Below, in pieces: positions 1 to 10,024 of a stretch of 60,823 bases of DNA. Position 1 is the first letter of the stretch. Each line of letters begins with the position of its first letter. The translations under genes and the position numbers were made by a program. The notes under the pieces are model-generated. The model was not told where the DNA came from, searched no databases, and saw nothing but the letters and a program-made list of their open reading frames with translations. Origin of the DNA: Sphingomonas sp. (GTDB lineage: Bacteria; Pseudomonadota; Alphaproteobacteria; Sphingomonadales; Sphingomonadaceae); assembly GCA_019508115.1 (NCBI GenBank), contig JAEKMC010000069.1, positions 1 to 60,823 of the forward strand. The letters are read 5' to 3'.

Positions 1-2104
1 GGTTCGCGCGGGCGAGCGCACTCCCGACCAGAAATTGGTCACCGCCGTGCTGGCGGTCGTCGACCGCATCGGCGAGATCGTCGAGGCGATCGATGCCGGC
101 GCCGCGCTCGACGACAGCGGTGAGGAATTGCTGATCGCGGCGCTCAATGCCGGTGCCGAAGCGGCCGCCCCTGCGGCGCAGCAGGCGCCGACCGGCCAGC
201 GCGTCGCCAATCGCAGCGTGCGGTTGTCGACCGAGCTGCTCGACCGCATGATGTCGGGCATGTCGGACATGGTGCTGGCGCGGAACGAACTCGCGCGCCG
301 CATGCGCGACCAGAATGTCGATCCGACGATCGAAGCCGCGCTCGACCGCCTGTCGCTGACGGTGGCGGAGATGCGCGACACGGTGACGCGGACGCGGATG
401 CAAAAGGTCGATGCACTGTTCTCGGCCTTGCCGCGGATGGTGCGCGACACCGCGGCCGAGGTCGGCAAGTCGGTGCAGCTCCAGATCGAGGGATCCGACG
501 TCGAACTCGATCGCGAAATGATCGAGATGATGCGCGATCCGCTCGTCCATATCATCCGCAACTCGATCGACCACGGTATCGAAAGCGCCGCGGAGCGCCG
601 CGCGCTGGGCAAACGCGAAGTCGGCCGGCTGATCGTTTCCGCGCGCCAATCGGGCAATCAGATCATCCTGGAAGTCGCCGATGACGGCCGCGGGATCGAT
701 ACCGACCGGCTGGTCCAGAAACTCACCGCGTCGGGACAGTCGCGCGGCCGCGATCTGTCGATGCTGAGCGACCGCGCCAAGCTCGACCTGATCTTCGAAC
801 CAGGGCTGTCGACCAAGGACGAGGTTACCGCGATTTCCGGCCGGGGCGTCGGGATGGACGTCGTGCGCGCCAATATCGAACAAATCGGCGGACGGATCGA
901 TCTGGTCAATGCCAAGGACCGCGGGCTGCGGATCCTGATCCACGTGCCGCTGACATTGTCGATCATCCCCGCGATCGTCATCGGCATTGCCGGCCAGCGT
1001 TTCGCGGTCACGCGCCAGGCGATAGAGGAGATCGTCAACGTTTCCGGCGACACGATCCGCATCGACCTGCTGGGCGACACCCCCGCGGCGACGGTGCGCG
1101 ATCGCCGTATGCCGCTGGTCGACCTCGCCGCCTTGCTCGGCCTGCGCGAGGCCGACCCGGTCGCGGCCGACATGCTGGCGATCATCAGCGCCAGCGGCGG
1201 CAGTTTCGCGGTCGCGGTCGATTCGGTGCTCGATCATGAGGAATTGGTGATCAAGCCCGCCTCGCCGGCGGTGATGGCGACGGGCATCTATGCCGGCCAG
1301 ACCTTGCCCGACAGCGGATCGCCGATGCTGTTGCTCGATTGCGCCGGGGTCGCCGCGGCGGCCGGAATCAACTTCTCGCGCGATACGGCGGTCGAAGAGG
1401 ATGAGGAGGCCATCGAGCCCGAGGCGATCTCGGCCGACGCGCTGCTGTTCGACGATCTCGACGGCCGACGCCGCGCGGTACCGCTGGCGATCGTCGACCG
1501 GGTCGAGACGATCGATGCGTCCAATGTCCGGTTCAGTGGTGGCCGCATGCGCTTGCTGGTCGACGATCGGATCGTTCCGCTCGCCGCGCTCGGCGAGATC
1601 GAAGGACATGCCGAACTGGCGGTGCTGAGGATCAAGGACGGCGACGCCGAGATCGCCTATGCGATCGCCGAGCCAGTCGACATCGTGGCCATTCCCGCCG
1701 ACATCTCGCCGTCCGCGCAGCCGGGGCCGATCCTGGGCGTCGTCGTGATCGGCGACGAACAGGTCGAGCTGATCGATCCGCAATGGCTGCTTGGTCCCGA
1801 CGCCCTGGATATCGTCCGGCCCGGTGCGCCGCTCTGCCTGATCGACAGCCAGTCGGACAGCTGGATCGCGACTTTCCTGAAACCGGTGCTCGAACAAGCC
1901 GGCTATCGCGTCTCGACCAAGGCGAGCGCCGACGAACAGCCGGCGGTGATCCTGACCACCGACGCCGCGCCAGCCGCGGCTCGCGACGGCCGGGTGCTTC
2001 GCCTCAGCAACGACCGGCGCGACGCCGGCGGCGACGATCGCGTCTATCGCTACGACCGCGCCGGATTGCTTGCCGCGGTCGCCAAACGGGTGAATGTGGC
2101 ATGA
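1..2104 (+). CDS. cheA: Chemotaxis histidine kinase CheA (5' end lies outside the window)
   Basis: Frame is open back to base 2. HATPase motifs HIIRNSIDHGIE, DDGRG and ISGRGVGMDVV are followed by CheW-like domains. Confidence 0.95.
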   Translation, partial: VRAGERTPDQKLVTAVLAVVDRIGEIVEAIDAGAALDDSGEELLIAALNAGAEAAAPAAQQAPTGQRVANRSVRLSTELLDRMMSGMSDMVLARNELARRMRDQNVDPTIEAALDRLSLTVAEMRDTVTRTRMQKVDALFSALPRMVRDTAAEVGKSVQLQIEGSDVELDREMIEMMRDPLVHIIRNSIDHGIESAAERRALGKREVGRLIVSARQSGNQIILEVADDGRGIDTDRLVQKLTASGQSRGRDLSMLSDRAKLDLIFEPGLSTKDEVTAISGRGVGMDVVRANIEQIGGRIDLVNAKDRGLRILIHVPLTLSIIPAIVIGIAGQRFAVTRQAIEEIVNVSGDTIRIDLLGDTPAATVRDRRMPLVDLAALLGLREADPVAADMLAIISASGGSFAVAVDSVLDHEELVIKPASPAVMATGIYAGQTLPDSGSPMLLLDCAGVAAAAGINFSRDTAVEEDEEAIEPEAISADALLFDDLDGRRRAVPLAIVDRVETIDASNVRFSGGRMRLLVDDRIVPLAALGEIEGHAELAVLRIKDGDAEIAYAIAEPVDIVAIPADISPSAQPGPILGVVVIGDEQVELIDPQWLLGPDALDIVRPGAPLCLIDSQSDSWIATFLKPVLEQAGYRVSTKASADEQPAVILTTDAAPAAARDGRVLRLSNDRRDAGGDDRVYRYDRAGLLAAVAKRVNVA

Positions 2105-2544
2105 GCGAACAGCTGTTCCTGATCGCGCATATCGCCGGCCGCGGGGTCGCGATCGATTCGGCTCAAGTCGAATCGGTGGTCGATATAGGCGCGGTCATCC
2201 CGACGCCGCGCGCGGCGCCGCACATTCGCGGGCTGGCCGCGTTGCGCAGCCGCGTGGTGACGGTGATCGACACGCATGCCGCGCTCGGCCTGCCCAAGCT
2301 GGCGATCGCCGGATCGCGCGCGGTCATCACGGTGGTCGACGGGCATCATTACGCCGTGTTGGTCGACAGCCTGGAAGACGTCGCGCCGTTCGTCGCCGCG
2401 CCGCTGCCGCCGGGGATCGGGTTGGATGCCGGGTGGCGCCAGGCGGGTTGCGGCGCGGTCGAGCGCGACGGCGAGCCGATCCTGGCGATCGATCTCACCG
2501 CGCTTGTCCACGGACCATCAAACGACGCGAATGCAATCAATTAA
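2101..2544 (+). CDS. cheW: Chemotaxis coupling protein CheW
   Basis: ATG overlaps the cheA stop (ATGA). MSEQLFLIAHIAGR...PRAAPHIRGLAALRSRVVTVID is the CheW pattern. Confidence 0.9.
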   Translation: MSEQLFLIAHIAGRGVAIDSAQVESVVDIGAVIPTPRAAPHIRGLAALRSRVVTVIDTHAALGLPKLAIAGSRAVITVVDGHHYAVLVDSLEDVAPFVAAPLPPGIGLDAGWRQAGCGAVERDGEPILAIDLTALVHGPSNDANAIN

Positions 2545-2606
2545 CCGGGTGATCACGGTTTAGCGGGTATGCCCTTCCACGGGCCTAGTAACAGGGTGTT
2601 TCGGTC

Positions 2607-2972
2607 ATGAAGACGTGTCTGGTTGTCGATGATTCCAAGGTGATCCGTAAGGTCGCCCGCCATATCCTCGAGACGTTGAATTTCGAGGTGAGCGAAGCCG
2701 CCGACGGCAAGGAGGCGCTCGATAGCTGCATGGCGTCGGTGCCCGACGTGATCCTGCTCGACTGGAACATGCCGGTGATGAGCGGGATGGATTTCCTGCG
2801 TGCGCTCCGCGACACCGCATTGTCGAGTCGGCCCAAGGTGGTGTTCTGCACGACCGAGAACGGCATGGCCTATATCCGTGCCGCGATCGAGGCGGGCGCC
2901 GACGAATATGTGATGAAGCCGTTCGATCGCGAAACACTGGAATCGAAGCTCCAGATCGTCGGCCTGGCCTAA
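2607..2972 (+). CDS. cheY: Chemotaxis response regulator CheY
   Basis: Single receiver domain (LVVDD, LLDWNMP, CTTE, KPF) inside the che operon. Confidence 0.93.
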   Translation: MKTCLVVDDSKVIRKVARHILETLNFEVSEAADGKEALDSCMASVPDVILLDWNMPVMSGMDFLRALRDTALSSRPKVVFCTTENGMAYIRAAIEAGADEYVMKPFDRETLESKLQIVGLA

Positions 2973-2985
2973 GCGCGCCGGTGCC

Positions 2986-4009
2986 GTGGTGGCGAGCAAG
3001 CCTACCGACATTCCCGATTTCGAGGCGCCGCCCTCGGTCCTGATCGTCGACGATTCGGTCGTGCCGCTTCCTGGTGGCCGGCGCCGTGCAGGACGCCAAG
3101 GCGGCGCTGGCCTTTCTGGCGCGACACCGCGTCGACGTGATCCTGCTCGATATCGAAATGCCGGGAGTCGATGGGCTGACCGCGTTACCCGACCTGATCG
3201 CGGCTGGGCAGGGTGCCCGCGTGCTGATCGTGTCGTCGGCCTGCGCCGATGGCGCCGCGTCGACGGTCCAGGCATTGGCATTGGGTGCGGCGGACACGCT
3301 GGTCAAACCCGAAGTCGGCGCCTTTGCCGGGCGGTTCAGCGATCAGCTCAACGAACGCCTCGTCCGGCTGGTCGAAGCTGACGAGGTCGTGGCGCCGCGC
3401 ACTCCGGCGGCGGCGATCGCGCCGGGCAACGATTTTGACGTGGTCGCGATCGGCGCCTCGACCGGCGGCATCCACGCGCTCAGCCAATTGCTTCGGGCGA
3501 TCCCTGCCGAGTTCCGCTTGCCGATTCTGATTACCCAGCATCTGCCCGAATCGTTCATGCCCTATTTCGCCGCGCAGGTCGCGGTGCTGGCCAATCGTCC
3601 CTGCGAAGTGGCGGAGGACCGCGTCCGCGTGCGTCCCGGGCGCATCCTGATCGCGCCGGGCCGGGCGCATCTGCGGTGCGTCGCGATGGGCGATGGCGTG
3701 GCGATCCGCCTGTCGACCACGGCTGCGGCCAGTGGCTGCCTGCCATCGGTCGACCCGATGCTGCAATCGGTGGCCGAGGTCTATGGCGCGCGCGCCCTTG
3801 GCGTGATGCTGAGCGGGATGGGGCGCGATGGCGCGATCGGCGCGGGGCATTTGTCCGCCGCCGGTGGCAGCGTCGTCGTCCAGGATCGCGCATCTTCGGT
3901 GGTCTGGGGCATGCCGGGGGCCGTGGTTGCCGGCGGAATCGCGGATGCGATCCTGCCGCCCGACGAGATCGGCCAATTGATCGCGCGCCGTCGGCGGCCT
4001 TCATGCTGA
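2986..4009 (+). pseudogene. cheB: CheB methylesterase, frameshifted near 3064
   Basis: The N-terminus (SVLIVDDSVV) is in the 2986 frame. The remainder (RFLVAGAV...LLDIEMP, GASTGG, TQH, SGMGRDG) is in the 3074 frame, and receiver helix 1 is missing. Confidence 0.85.
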
Positions 4010-4821
4010 CCCCGCGCCCCGCCGGCGCGGTCGCGGAATTCATCGCGCTCCTCGAGGCGCGTACCGGGCAGCAAATGGGCGCCAACCGCAACTGGCGCGT
4101 CGAAACCGCGCTGAAGCCGGTGATGCGCGATACCGGCCACGACACGTTGGAAAAGCTTGCCGAGGCGATCCGCGCGGATCGCGGCGGACCACTGGCCGAC
4201 CGCGTCGTCGACGAATTGCTGAACCAGGAGAGCTCGTTCTTCCGCGACGCGGCGGTGTTCGACATCGTCGAACAGGCGGTGTCGGCGATCCCCGATACGC
4301 GGCGCCCGCGAATCTGGTCGGCGGGATGCTCGACCGGGCAGGAACCGCTCAGCCTGGCGATGCTGTTCGCCGAAAAGCTCGATCATCAAATGCCCGAGAT
4401 CCTTGCCACCGACGTTTCCGAATCGGCACTGAACAAGGCGCGCGCCGGGCATTATACCCAGTTCGAAATCCAGCGCGGCCTGCCGATCCGGCGGATGATG
4501 CAATGGTTCGATTCGGTCGATGGCGACTGGATTGCCAATCCTGGGCTGACGCGAATGGTCTCGTTCCGCCGCATGAACCTGGTCGCCGACTCGCTGCCGA
4601 TCGGCCGCTTCGACGTCATCCTGTGCCGCAACGTCCTGTTATATTTCTCGCTCGACATGCGCCGCGCCGTCCTCGGGCGCCTCGCCCAGGTGCTGCGGCC
4701 CGACGGAGTCCTGGTACTCGGTGCCGGCGAGACGGTGATCGGCCAGACCGACGCCTTCCGCCCCAGCCAGCGCTATCGCGGGCTGTACGAGCCGAACTGG
4801 GCCGCCGCCGCGGCTGCGTGA
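4003..4821 (+). CDS. cheR: Chemotaxis methyltransferase CheR
   Basis: ESSFFRD, IWSAGCSTGQEP and FDVILCRNVLLYF motifs. Confidence 0.93.
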   Translation: MLTPRPAGAVAEFIALLEARTGQQMGANRNWRVETALKPVMRDTGHDTLEKLAEAIRADRGGPLADRVVDELLNQESSFFRDAAVFDIVEQAVSAIPDTRRPRIWSAGCSTGQEPLSLAMLFAEKLDHQMPEILATDVSESALNKARAGHYTQFEIQRGLPIRRMMQWFDSVDGDWIANPGLTRMVSFRRMNLVADSLPIGRFDVILCRNVLLYFSLDMRRAVLGRLAQVLRPDGVLVLGAGETVIGQTDAFRPSQRYRGLYEPNWAAAAAA

Positions 4822-4877
4822 TTCCGGAAGCAGCGGGACGGTTTACTTTCGTCGCGCTTCGCCGCAATCCAGCGGGC

Positions 4878-5597
4878 GTGAGCATCGTCGAAACCCCGTC
4901 GCCCAATTTCAACGAGCGGCAGCTGCCGGTTTCCATGATCGTGCTGCATTATACCGGCATGGAAAGCGCCGAGGCCGCGCTGGCGCGGCTGACCGACCCG
5001 ACCGCCGAGGTGTCGGCGCATTATCTGATCGACGAGGATGGCACGATCCACCGCCTGGTGGCCGAGGACAAGCGCGCCTGGCACGCCGGCCAGTCGCATT
5101 GGCGCGGGATCACCGACGTCAATTCGGCCTCGATCGGGATCGAATTGGTCAATCCGGGCCACGAAAACGGCTATCGCCCCTTTTCAGAGGCGCAGATGGA
5201 GGCACTGGTTCCGTTGATGGCGGGGATCGTCCGCCGTTACGGCATCACGCGCGGCAATATCGTCGGCCATTCCGACGTCGCGCCCGCGCGCAAGGACGAT
5301 CCGGGCGAATTGTTCGATTGGGAAAAGCTGGCAAGCCTTCGCCTTGCGCTGCCCCGGCCCGCCAAATATCTGACCGATCCGCTGTGGAGCGACGCCAGCT
5401 TCCTGCTCGCGCTCGAGCGGTTCGGCTATGACGTGGTCGATGGCGAGGCGGCAGTGCGCGCCTTCCAGCGCCGTTTTCGGCCGAGCCGGATCGACGGTGT
5501 GATCGATGGCCAATGCCGCGCGATCCTGCTGTCGCTGTTGACCGGCGGCGACAAGGGGGCCGCGACACGGCGCGGCCGCAAGGGTGGAAGTTATTGA
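4878..5597 (+). CDS. N-acetylmuramoyl-L-alanine amidase (AmiD/AmpD-like) with a peptidoglycan-binding tail
   Basis: SPNFNER, IVLHYT, SAHY, AWHAG, SIGIE, GHSD...RKDDPG and AFQRRFRP motifs. GTG start inferred. Confidence 0.9.
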   Translation: MSIVETPSPNFNERQLPVSMIVLHYTGMESAEAALARLTDPTAEVSAHYLIDEDGTIHRLVAEDKRAWHAGQSHWRGITDVNSASIGIELVNPGHENGYRPFSEAQMEALVPLMAGIVRRYGITRGNIVGHSDVAPARKDDPGELFDWEKLASLRLALPRPAKYLTDPLWSDASFLLALERFGYDVVDGEAAVRAFQRRFRPSRIDGVIDGQCRAILLSLLTGGDKGAATRRGRKGGSY

Positions 5598-5669
5598 TTT
5601 CGCTGCGCTGAGAGGTGCATCCCCCGTTCAGCTTGCCGAACGGGATACCTCCCTGCTATTCGCGCCGCT

Positions 5670-6062
5670 GCCAGAGGGCCGGGCGGCCGCCGGCATGCGC
5701 AAGCGTGCGGGAGGAAAGTCCGGGCTCCGCAGAGTGAAGGTGCCGGGTAACGCCCGGCGGGGCGCGGGGTGACCTTCGCCTTAGGGACAGTGCAACAGAA
5801 AGCAGACCGCTCGGTGTTCGGCCCAAAAGGCTCCGAGTAAGGGCGAAAGGGTGCGGTAAGAGCGCACCGCGCTTCCGGTAACGGCGGCGGCACGGCAAAC
5901 CCCACCTGGAGCAAGACCGAGTAGGGACGGCATATGGGGTGACTCGCCCCCGTCGTCCGGGTTGGTTGCTTGAGGCGGCGCGCGAGCGTCGTCCTAGAGG
6001 AATGGTCGCCCAGTTCCGGTGCAAGCCGGAATGGACAGAACCCGGCTTACAGGCCCTCTGGC
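5670..6062 (+). ncRNA. rnpB: RNase P RNA (type A)
   Basis: Conserved GAGGAAAGTCCGGGCTCC, AGTGCAACAGAAA, AAGGGTGCGGTAAGAGCGCACC, GGCAAACCCCACCTGGAGCAAG and ACAGAACCCGGCTTA. P1 ends gccagagggcc/ggccctctggc pair. Confidence 0.97.
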
Positions 6063-6118
6063 GAATTTTCCGGCGGATCGGCCATAGCCTATTCGCGCCG
6101 AGCCCTTATGTAGCCCCA

Positions 6119-6646
6119 ATGGCGCGTTCGACCCGATCAACCGACTGGGGTTTTCCCCGCTGGCGCGGCTATGGCAGCGAACGCGGCGCGACCAAGGTGC
6201 GGCTGTGCGATCGCCATGGTTGCGAACAGCCGGGCGACTGCCCCGCGCCCAAATCGCCCAACAGCCCGGAACGCTGGTATTTCTGCCAGGAGCATGCCGG
6301 CGAATATAATCGCGGGTGGGATTATTTCGAAGGATTGAGCGCGGAGGATGCCGCCGCGCGCGAGGCGGGCGAGCGGCGCGACGCGTCGGGCTTTGCCGGG
6401 ACCGCACATTATGGCTGGGGTGGCTCCGGCGACGGTAGCCGATCGCGCGACGAGATGCGCGCGCTCGACGTGCTGGAGCTGGAAACCGACGCCAGTTTCG
6501 ACGAGATCAAGATGGCATGGCGCCGGTTGGCCAAAGCCAATCATCCCGACGCGCGCCCCAACGACAAGGAAGCCGCCGAGCGCTTTCGCCTGATCCAGGC
6601 GGCGTGGGACGTGCTGCGCCAGGCAGAGGAACGGCGCGCGGCCTGA
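6119..6646 (+). CDS. J-domain (DnaJ-like) protein
   Basis: N-terminal Cys cluster (CDRHGC...CPAPKSP...FCQEH) and C-terminal J domain with HPD. Confidence 0.88.
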   Translation: MARSTRSTDWGFPRWRGYGSERGATKVRLCDRHGCEQPGDCPAPKSPNSPERWYFCQEHAGEYNRGWDYFEGLSAEDAAAREAGERRDASGFAGTAHYGWGGSGDGSRSRDEMRALDVLELETDASFDEIKMAWRRLAKANHPDARPNDKEAAERFRLIQAAWDVLRQAEERRAA

Positions 6647-6669
6647 TCGCTCTGCCGAGCGACGGCCCC

Positions 6670-7074
6670 TCAGGCGTAGCGGGCGGCGGTCTCGCGGATC
6701 AGGGCGATCATGTTGGGAATGCCTTGCGTCCGGTTGGACGAGAGCTGCCGAGTCAGTTCGAACGGGGCGAGCGCGGCTTCGATGTCCGTGCCGATAATCT
6801 CCGCGGGCGTGCGGTCCTGCACCGTGAGCAGCACGAGCGCGATGATGCCCTTGGTGATCGCGGCATTGCTGTCGGCGAGGAAGTGGAGCCGCCCATCCGC
6901 GCTGCGCGTCGGATAGACCCAGACCGCGGCGGAGCAGCCGCGCACCAATGTGGCATCGGTCTTGAGCGCCTCCGGCATCGGCTCGAGCTCACGGCCCAGT
7001 TCGATCAGGAGCCGGTAGCGGTCGTCGGCGTCGAGAAAGCCATACTCTTCGAGGAGGTCGTCGATGCGGGCCAT
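6670..7074 (-). CDS. sufE: SufE family sulfur acceptor protein
   Basis: RYRLLIELG, VRGCSAAVW, ADSNAAITKG and LSSNRTQG motifs. Confidence 0.9.
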   Translation of the reverse strand: MARIDDLLEEYGFLDADDRYRLLIELGRELEPMPEALKTDATLVRGCSAAVWVYPTRSADGRLHFLADSNAAITKGIIALVLLTVQDRTPAEIIGTDIEAALAPFELTRQLSSNRTQGIPNMIALIRETAARYA

Positions 7075-7131
7075 GGGCCGCGCGGCTAGCAGAGGCGGCC
7101 GCCGCGCGGAACCCATGTCGGTTTGGCTCAA

Positions 7132-7740
7132 TCAATATCCGACGGCGAAGCGCTGCCGGATGTGATGGGGATGCTCGATCTCGTCGACGAACGCGATCGC
7201 ATAATCGGCGAACGAGATGGAACTGCCCTCGGCATTGGCGACCAGCATATCCCGGTCCAACCGGAAGGTGCCGAGCCGTGGCCCTTCGAACAGCAAGGCG
7301 GCGGGGGAGAGGAAGGTCCAGTCGAGATCGTCGACGCTGCGCAGATAGTCGAGGAAAGCGATGCCGGCCCGCGCCTCGGCCTCATATTCCTTGGGGAAAT
7401 TCGGCTGGTCGATCAGCCTTTTGCCGGGCGCGACCTCTAGGCTGGCCGCGCCGCCGACCACCAGATAGCGCGACACGCCGGCGGCACGGACCGCGCTTAC
7501 GAGCTTGGCCGGATCGCAGTCCAGAAAGTGGACCGCGCTCACCACGGCGTCGTGATCGGTCAGGAGCTTTGCGAGCCCGTCCGGATCCGCGACGTCTCCG
7601 GCGACTCTCTTCACCTGCGGGTCGGACAAGGCTCTATCGGGATGCCGTGCAATCGCGGTGACGCTGTGCCCGCGGCGGACAAGTTCGGCGGTGATTTCCC
7701 GGCCCGCACGGCCGGTTGCGCCGATCACGGCAACATTCAT
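7132..7740 (-). CDS. NAD(P)H-binding oxidoreductase (atypical SDR)
   Basis: IGATGRAG Rossmann motif, VGGAASL, WTFLSP and ISFADYA. Confidence 0.9.
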   Translation of the reverse strand: MNVAVIGATGRAGREITAELVRRGHSVTAIARHPDRALSDPQVKRVAGDVADPDGLAKLLTDHDAVVSAVHFLDCDPAKLVSAVRAAGVSRYLVVGGAASLEVAPGKRLIDQPNFPKEYEAEARAGIAFLDYLRSVDDLDWTFLSPAALLFEGPRLGTFRLDRDMLVANAEGSSISFADYAIAFVDEIEHPHHIRQRFAVGY

Positions 7741-7840
7741 CTTGTAGCTCCTTTGTGGTTTCTAATGGAAACCAGCTAGGCAATTAGCTACCAGCTTCCA
7801 AGAACGCACTTTGATCCCACCTGGTCACCCCGAGGAAACC

Positions 7841-8224
7841 ATGACCGGCGACGCCTTCAATCCGGATTGCCCAACGCGCCAAATCCTCGACCGTATCGGC
7901 GACAAATGGGCGATGCTCATCCTGCTCATGCTGGCGCAGGGGCCGAGGCGGTTCAACGATCTGCGCCGCCGCATCGGCGGCATATCGCAGAAAATGCTGT
8001 CGCAAACGCTGAAGAGTCTCGAACGCGATGGCCTGGTGAGCCGCGCGGTCTTCGCCACCGTGCCGGTGACGGTGGAATATCGGCTGACACCGCTCGCGGA
8101 CGGGCTGATCGGGTTGATGGGATCGATCACCGTCTGGGCCGAGCAGCATCTGGGCGACATCGCAGCTGCACGCCTGCGCTACGACGCCCTCGCATCCGCG
8201 TCAGCTTCGCGCGATCTCGCGTAA
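7841..8224 (+). CDS. HxlR family transcriptional regulator
   Basis: CPTRQILDRIGDKW, ISQKMLSQTLKSLERDG and VEYRLT. Divergent from the oxidoreductase. Confidence 0.92.
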   Translation: MTGDAFNPDCPTRQILDRIGDKWAMLILLMLAQGPRRFNDLRRRIGGISQKMLSQTLKSLERDGLVSRAVFATVPVTVEYRLTPLADGLIGLMGSITVWAEQHLGDIAAARLRYDALASASASRDLA

Positions 8225-9433
8225 CGCATCGGTCAGCCGGTCGACGTCGGCCATGCTGGTGGCGAGCGCGGGCGTGACACGCACGCAACTGCCCGACCCA
8301 AGCCCGTCGCGATGGACGGTGAAGATGCCATATTTCTCGAGCAGCAACCGGGCGAGCGCGACATTGTCGGCGTGCGATGTCCGGCCGGCGAGGCGGAAGG
8401 CGGTGATTGCGCCGTAACAGCGCGGATCGTCCGGCGTCAGTATCTCGATGCCGGGAATATCGCGAGCGGCGTGGACCCAGCGGTCGCGCAGCGCCTTCAG
8501 CCGCGCCTCCTTGGCGGCCAGGCCGACCGAAGCCTGAAAGTCGAGCGCCGCGGGTATGGCGAGCTGCGCGCCATAATCCGGCGTGCCGGTGTGAACGCGC
8601 GCGCGGATGTCGTCCGGCCCAAGATCGGGCTCGGCCGGATCAACATCGATATCCGCCAGCCGCCCGCCCCGGACGCAGATCGCACCCACGCCGAGCGGCG
8701 CGCCGATCCATTTGTGCAGGTTGATGCCGATGAAATCGGATTTGAGATCGGGTAGCCGGAAGTCGATCTGGCCGACGCTGTGTGCGGCATCGACGATAGC
8801 GTCCACGCCTTTGCCGCGCGCCATCGCGGCGATTTCCGCGACTGGCAGGACGAGGCCGGTGCGGTGGCTGACATGGGTCAACAGCACCATCCGGATATTC
8901 GGATGCGCCGCAAAGGCGGCGGCATAAGCATCGATCAGCGCCTGGTGGCTTGCGGGCAAGGGCAGCGCGATGCTGATCACCTCGACCCCGCGCCGGGCCT
9001 TCAGCGATTCGATACAGGCTCGCATCGAATCATAATCGAGATCGGCATGGAGTACCGCGTCGCCCGGGCGCAGCCGATTATAGCCCAGGATCAGCGCGCG
9101 CATGGCCTCGGTCGCGTTGCGGGTGAAAGCGATCTCCCCGGTGGCGACCCCCATCTCGCGTGCGACCAGGGCGCGAATCGCCTCGATCTCGCTCGGCATC
9201 TCGCGCCGCGCATAGAAACTCGTGTCGCGGTTCACCCGCTCGATCTGCGCGCGATAGGCGGTGAGCACCGGCTTCGCCATCATGCCCCAATTGCCATGTT
9301 CGAGCTGCACGACCTTGCGCGTCACGTCATATTGGGCGGCGATCTGGGCCCAGCGTTCGTCCGTCGTGGCGAAGGCCGGCATGGCGGTGGCCAACGCGGC
9401 GGTGCCGAGCAGGCCTCTGCGGGTCATTTCCAT
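8201..9433 (-). CDS. Class V PLP-dependent aminotransferase (isopenicillin-N-epimerase-like) with Tat signal
   Basis: MTRRGLLG signal, TRNATEA, DAAH and NLHKW (PLP lysine). Confidence 0.85.
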   Translation of the reverse strand: MEMTRRGLLGTAALATAMPAFATTDERWAQIAAQYDVTRKVVQLEHGNWGMMAKPVLTAYRAQIERVNRDTSFYARREMPSEIEAIRALVAREMGVATGEIAFTRNATEAMRALILGYNRLRPGDAVLHADLDYDSMRACIESLKARRGVEVISIALPLPASHQALIDAYAAAFAAHPNIRMVLLTHVSHRTGLVLPVAEIAAMARGKGVDAIVDAAHSVGQIDFRLPDLKSDFIGINLHKWIGAPLGVGAICVRGGRLADIDVDPAEPDLGPDDIRARVHTGTPDYGAQLAIPAALDFQASVGLAAKEARLKALRDRWVHAARDIPGIEILTPDDPRCYGAITAFRLAGRTSHADNVALARLLLEKYGIFTVHRDGLGSGSCVRVTPALATSMADVDRLTDALREIARS

Positions 9434-9517
9434 CGCCTTCTTCCCTGTCGACCATTGCGGCCGATCAAGGTCTAGACGCGCCGGGCCGGGCTACGCTAGG
9501 GGGCGCTGTCACGCCGT

Positions 9518-9602
9518 GCGGGTGTGGTGAAACTGGTAGACGCGCCGGACTCAAAATCCGGTTCCGAAAGGAGTGTCGGTTCGAGCCCGACCACCCGCAC
9601 CA
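9518..9602 (+). tRNA. tRNA-Leu(CAA)
   Basis: Cloverleaf with long variable arm, anticodon arm ccgga-ctCAAaa-tccgg, GGTTCGAG T-loop and CCA end. Confidence 0.96.
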
Positions 9603-9624
9603 TCCTTTTCGAAACCAAAGAAAA

Positions 9625-9652
9625 CGGGCGACGGATTTTCCGCCGCCCGCTT
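9625..9652. terminator. Hairpin between tRNA-Leu and a convergent gene
   Basis: cgggcgacgga-ttt-tccgccgcccg stem with an A-tract on the left. Confidence 0.55.
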
Positions 9653-9673
9653 GCCTGTCGGTTTAGCCGGCCC

Positions 9674-10024
9674 TCAGTCGCAAAAACGGACCCGGACGTA
9701 GCGGCGCGCCCAGCCGTCCCAGCGCCAGTCGGTGCGGCAATAGGGGCCTTCATAATAATAAGGCGGGGGCGGAGGCGGGGCATAATAAGCCGGCTCGTCA
9801 TAATAATAACGCGGGCCGCTGCTCGCGATCGCCGCGCCGGCAGCGAGGCCGAGAATGCCCGCGGCAACGGCAGCACCGCCGCCGCCATGATGGTAATGGT
9901 GATAGCCACCGTAATAACCGCCATATTAGCCGCCATGGTAGCGCGCCTCGGCCGGAGCCGCCGCACCCAGCGTTACGCCGCCTAGCGCCAGCGCCGCAGC
10001 GGTCGCAGTCAGGAACTTACGCAT
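9674..10024 (-). pseudogene. Secreted Gly/Tyr/Pro-rich small protein with an in-frame TAA at codon 33
   Basis: Hand translation: MRKFLTATAAALALGGVTLGAAAPAEARYHGG*YGGYYGGYHHYHHGGGGAAVAAGILGLAAGAAIASSGPRYYYDEPAYYAPPPPPPYYYEGPYCRTDWRWDGWARRYVRVRFCD. GGAGG RBS upstream. Absent from the ORF track. Confidence 0.82.

Noticed and set aside
2986-4009. Programmed ribosomal frameshift in cheB
   Set aside because: There is no slippery heptamer, and coding sequence is physically missing at the junction.
5584-6118. ORFs at 5584-5772, 5591-5914, 5656-6024 and the extended start of the J-domain protein
   Set aside because: They overlap the RNase P RNA gene.
9926-9928. Stop-codon recoding or an alternative genetic code
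   Set aside because: TAA is used as a normal stop elsewhere in the window (cheW, cheY, gyrA), so a point mutation or sequencing error is simpler.
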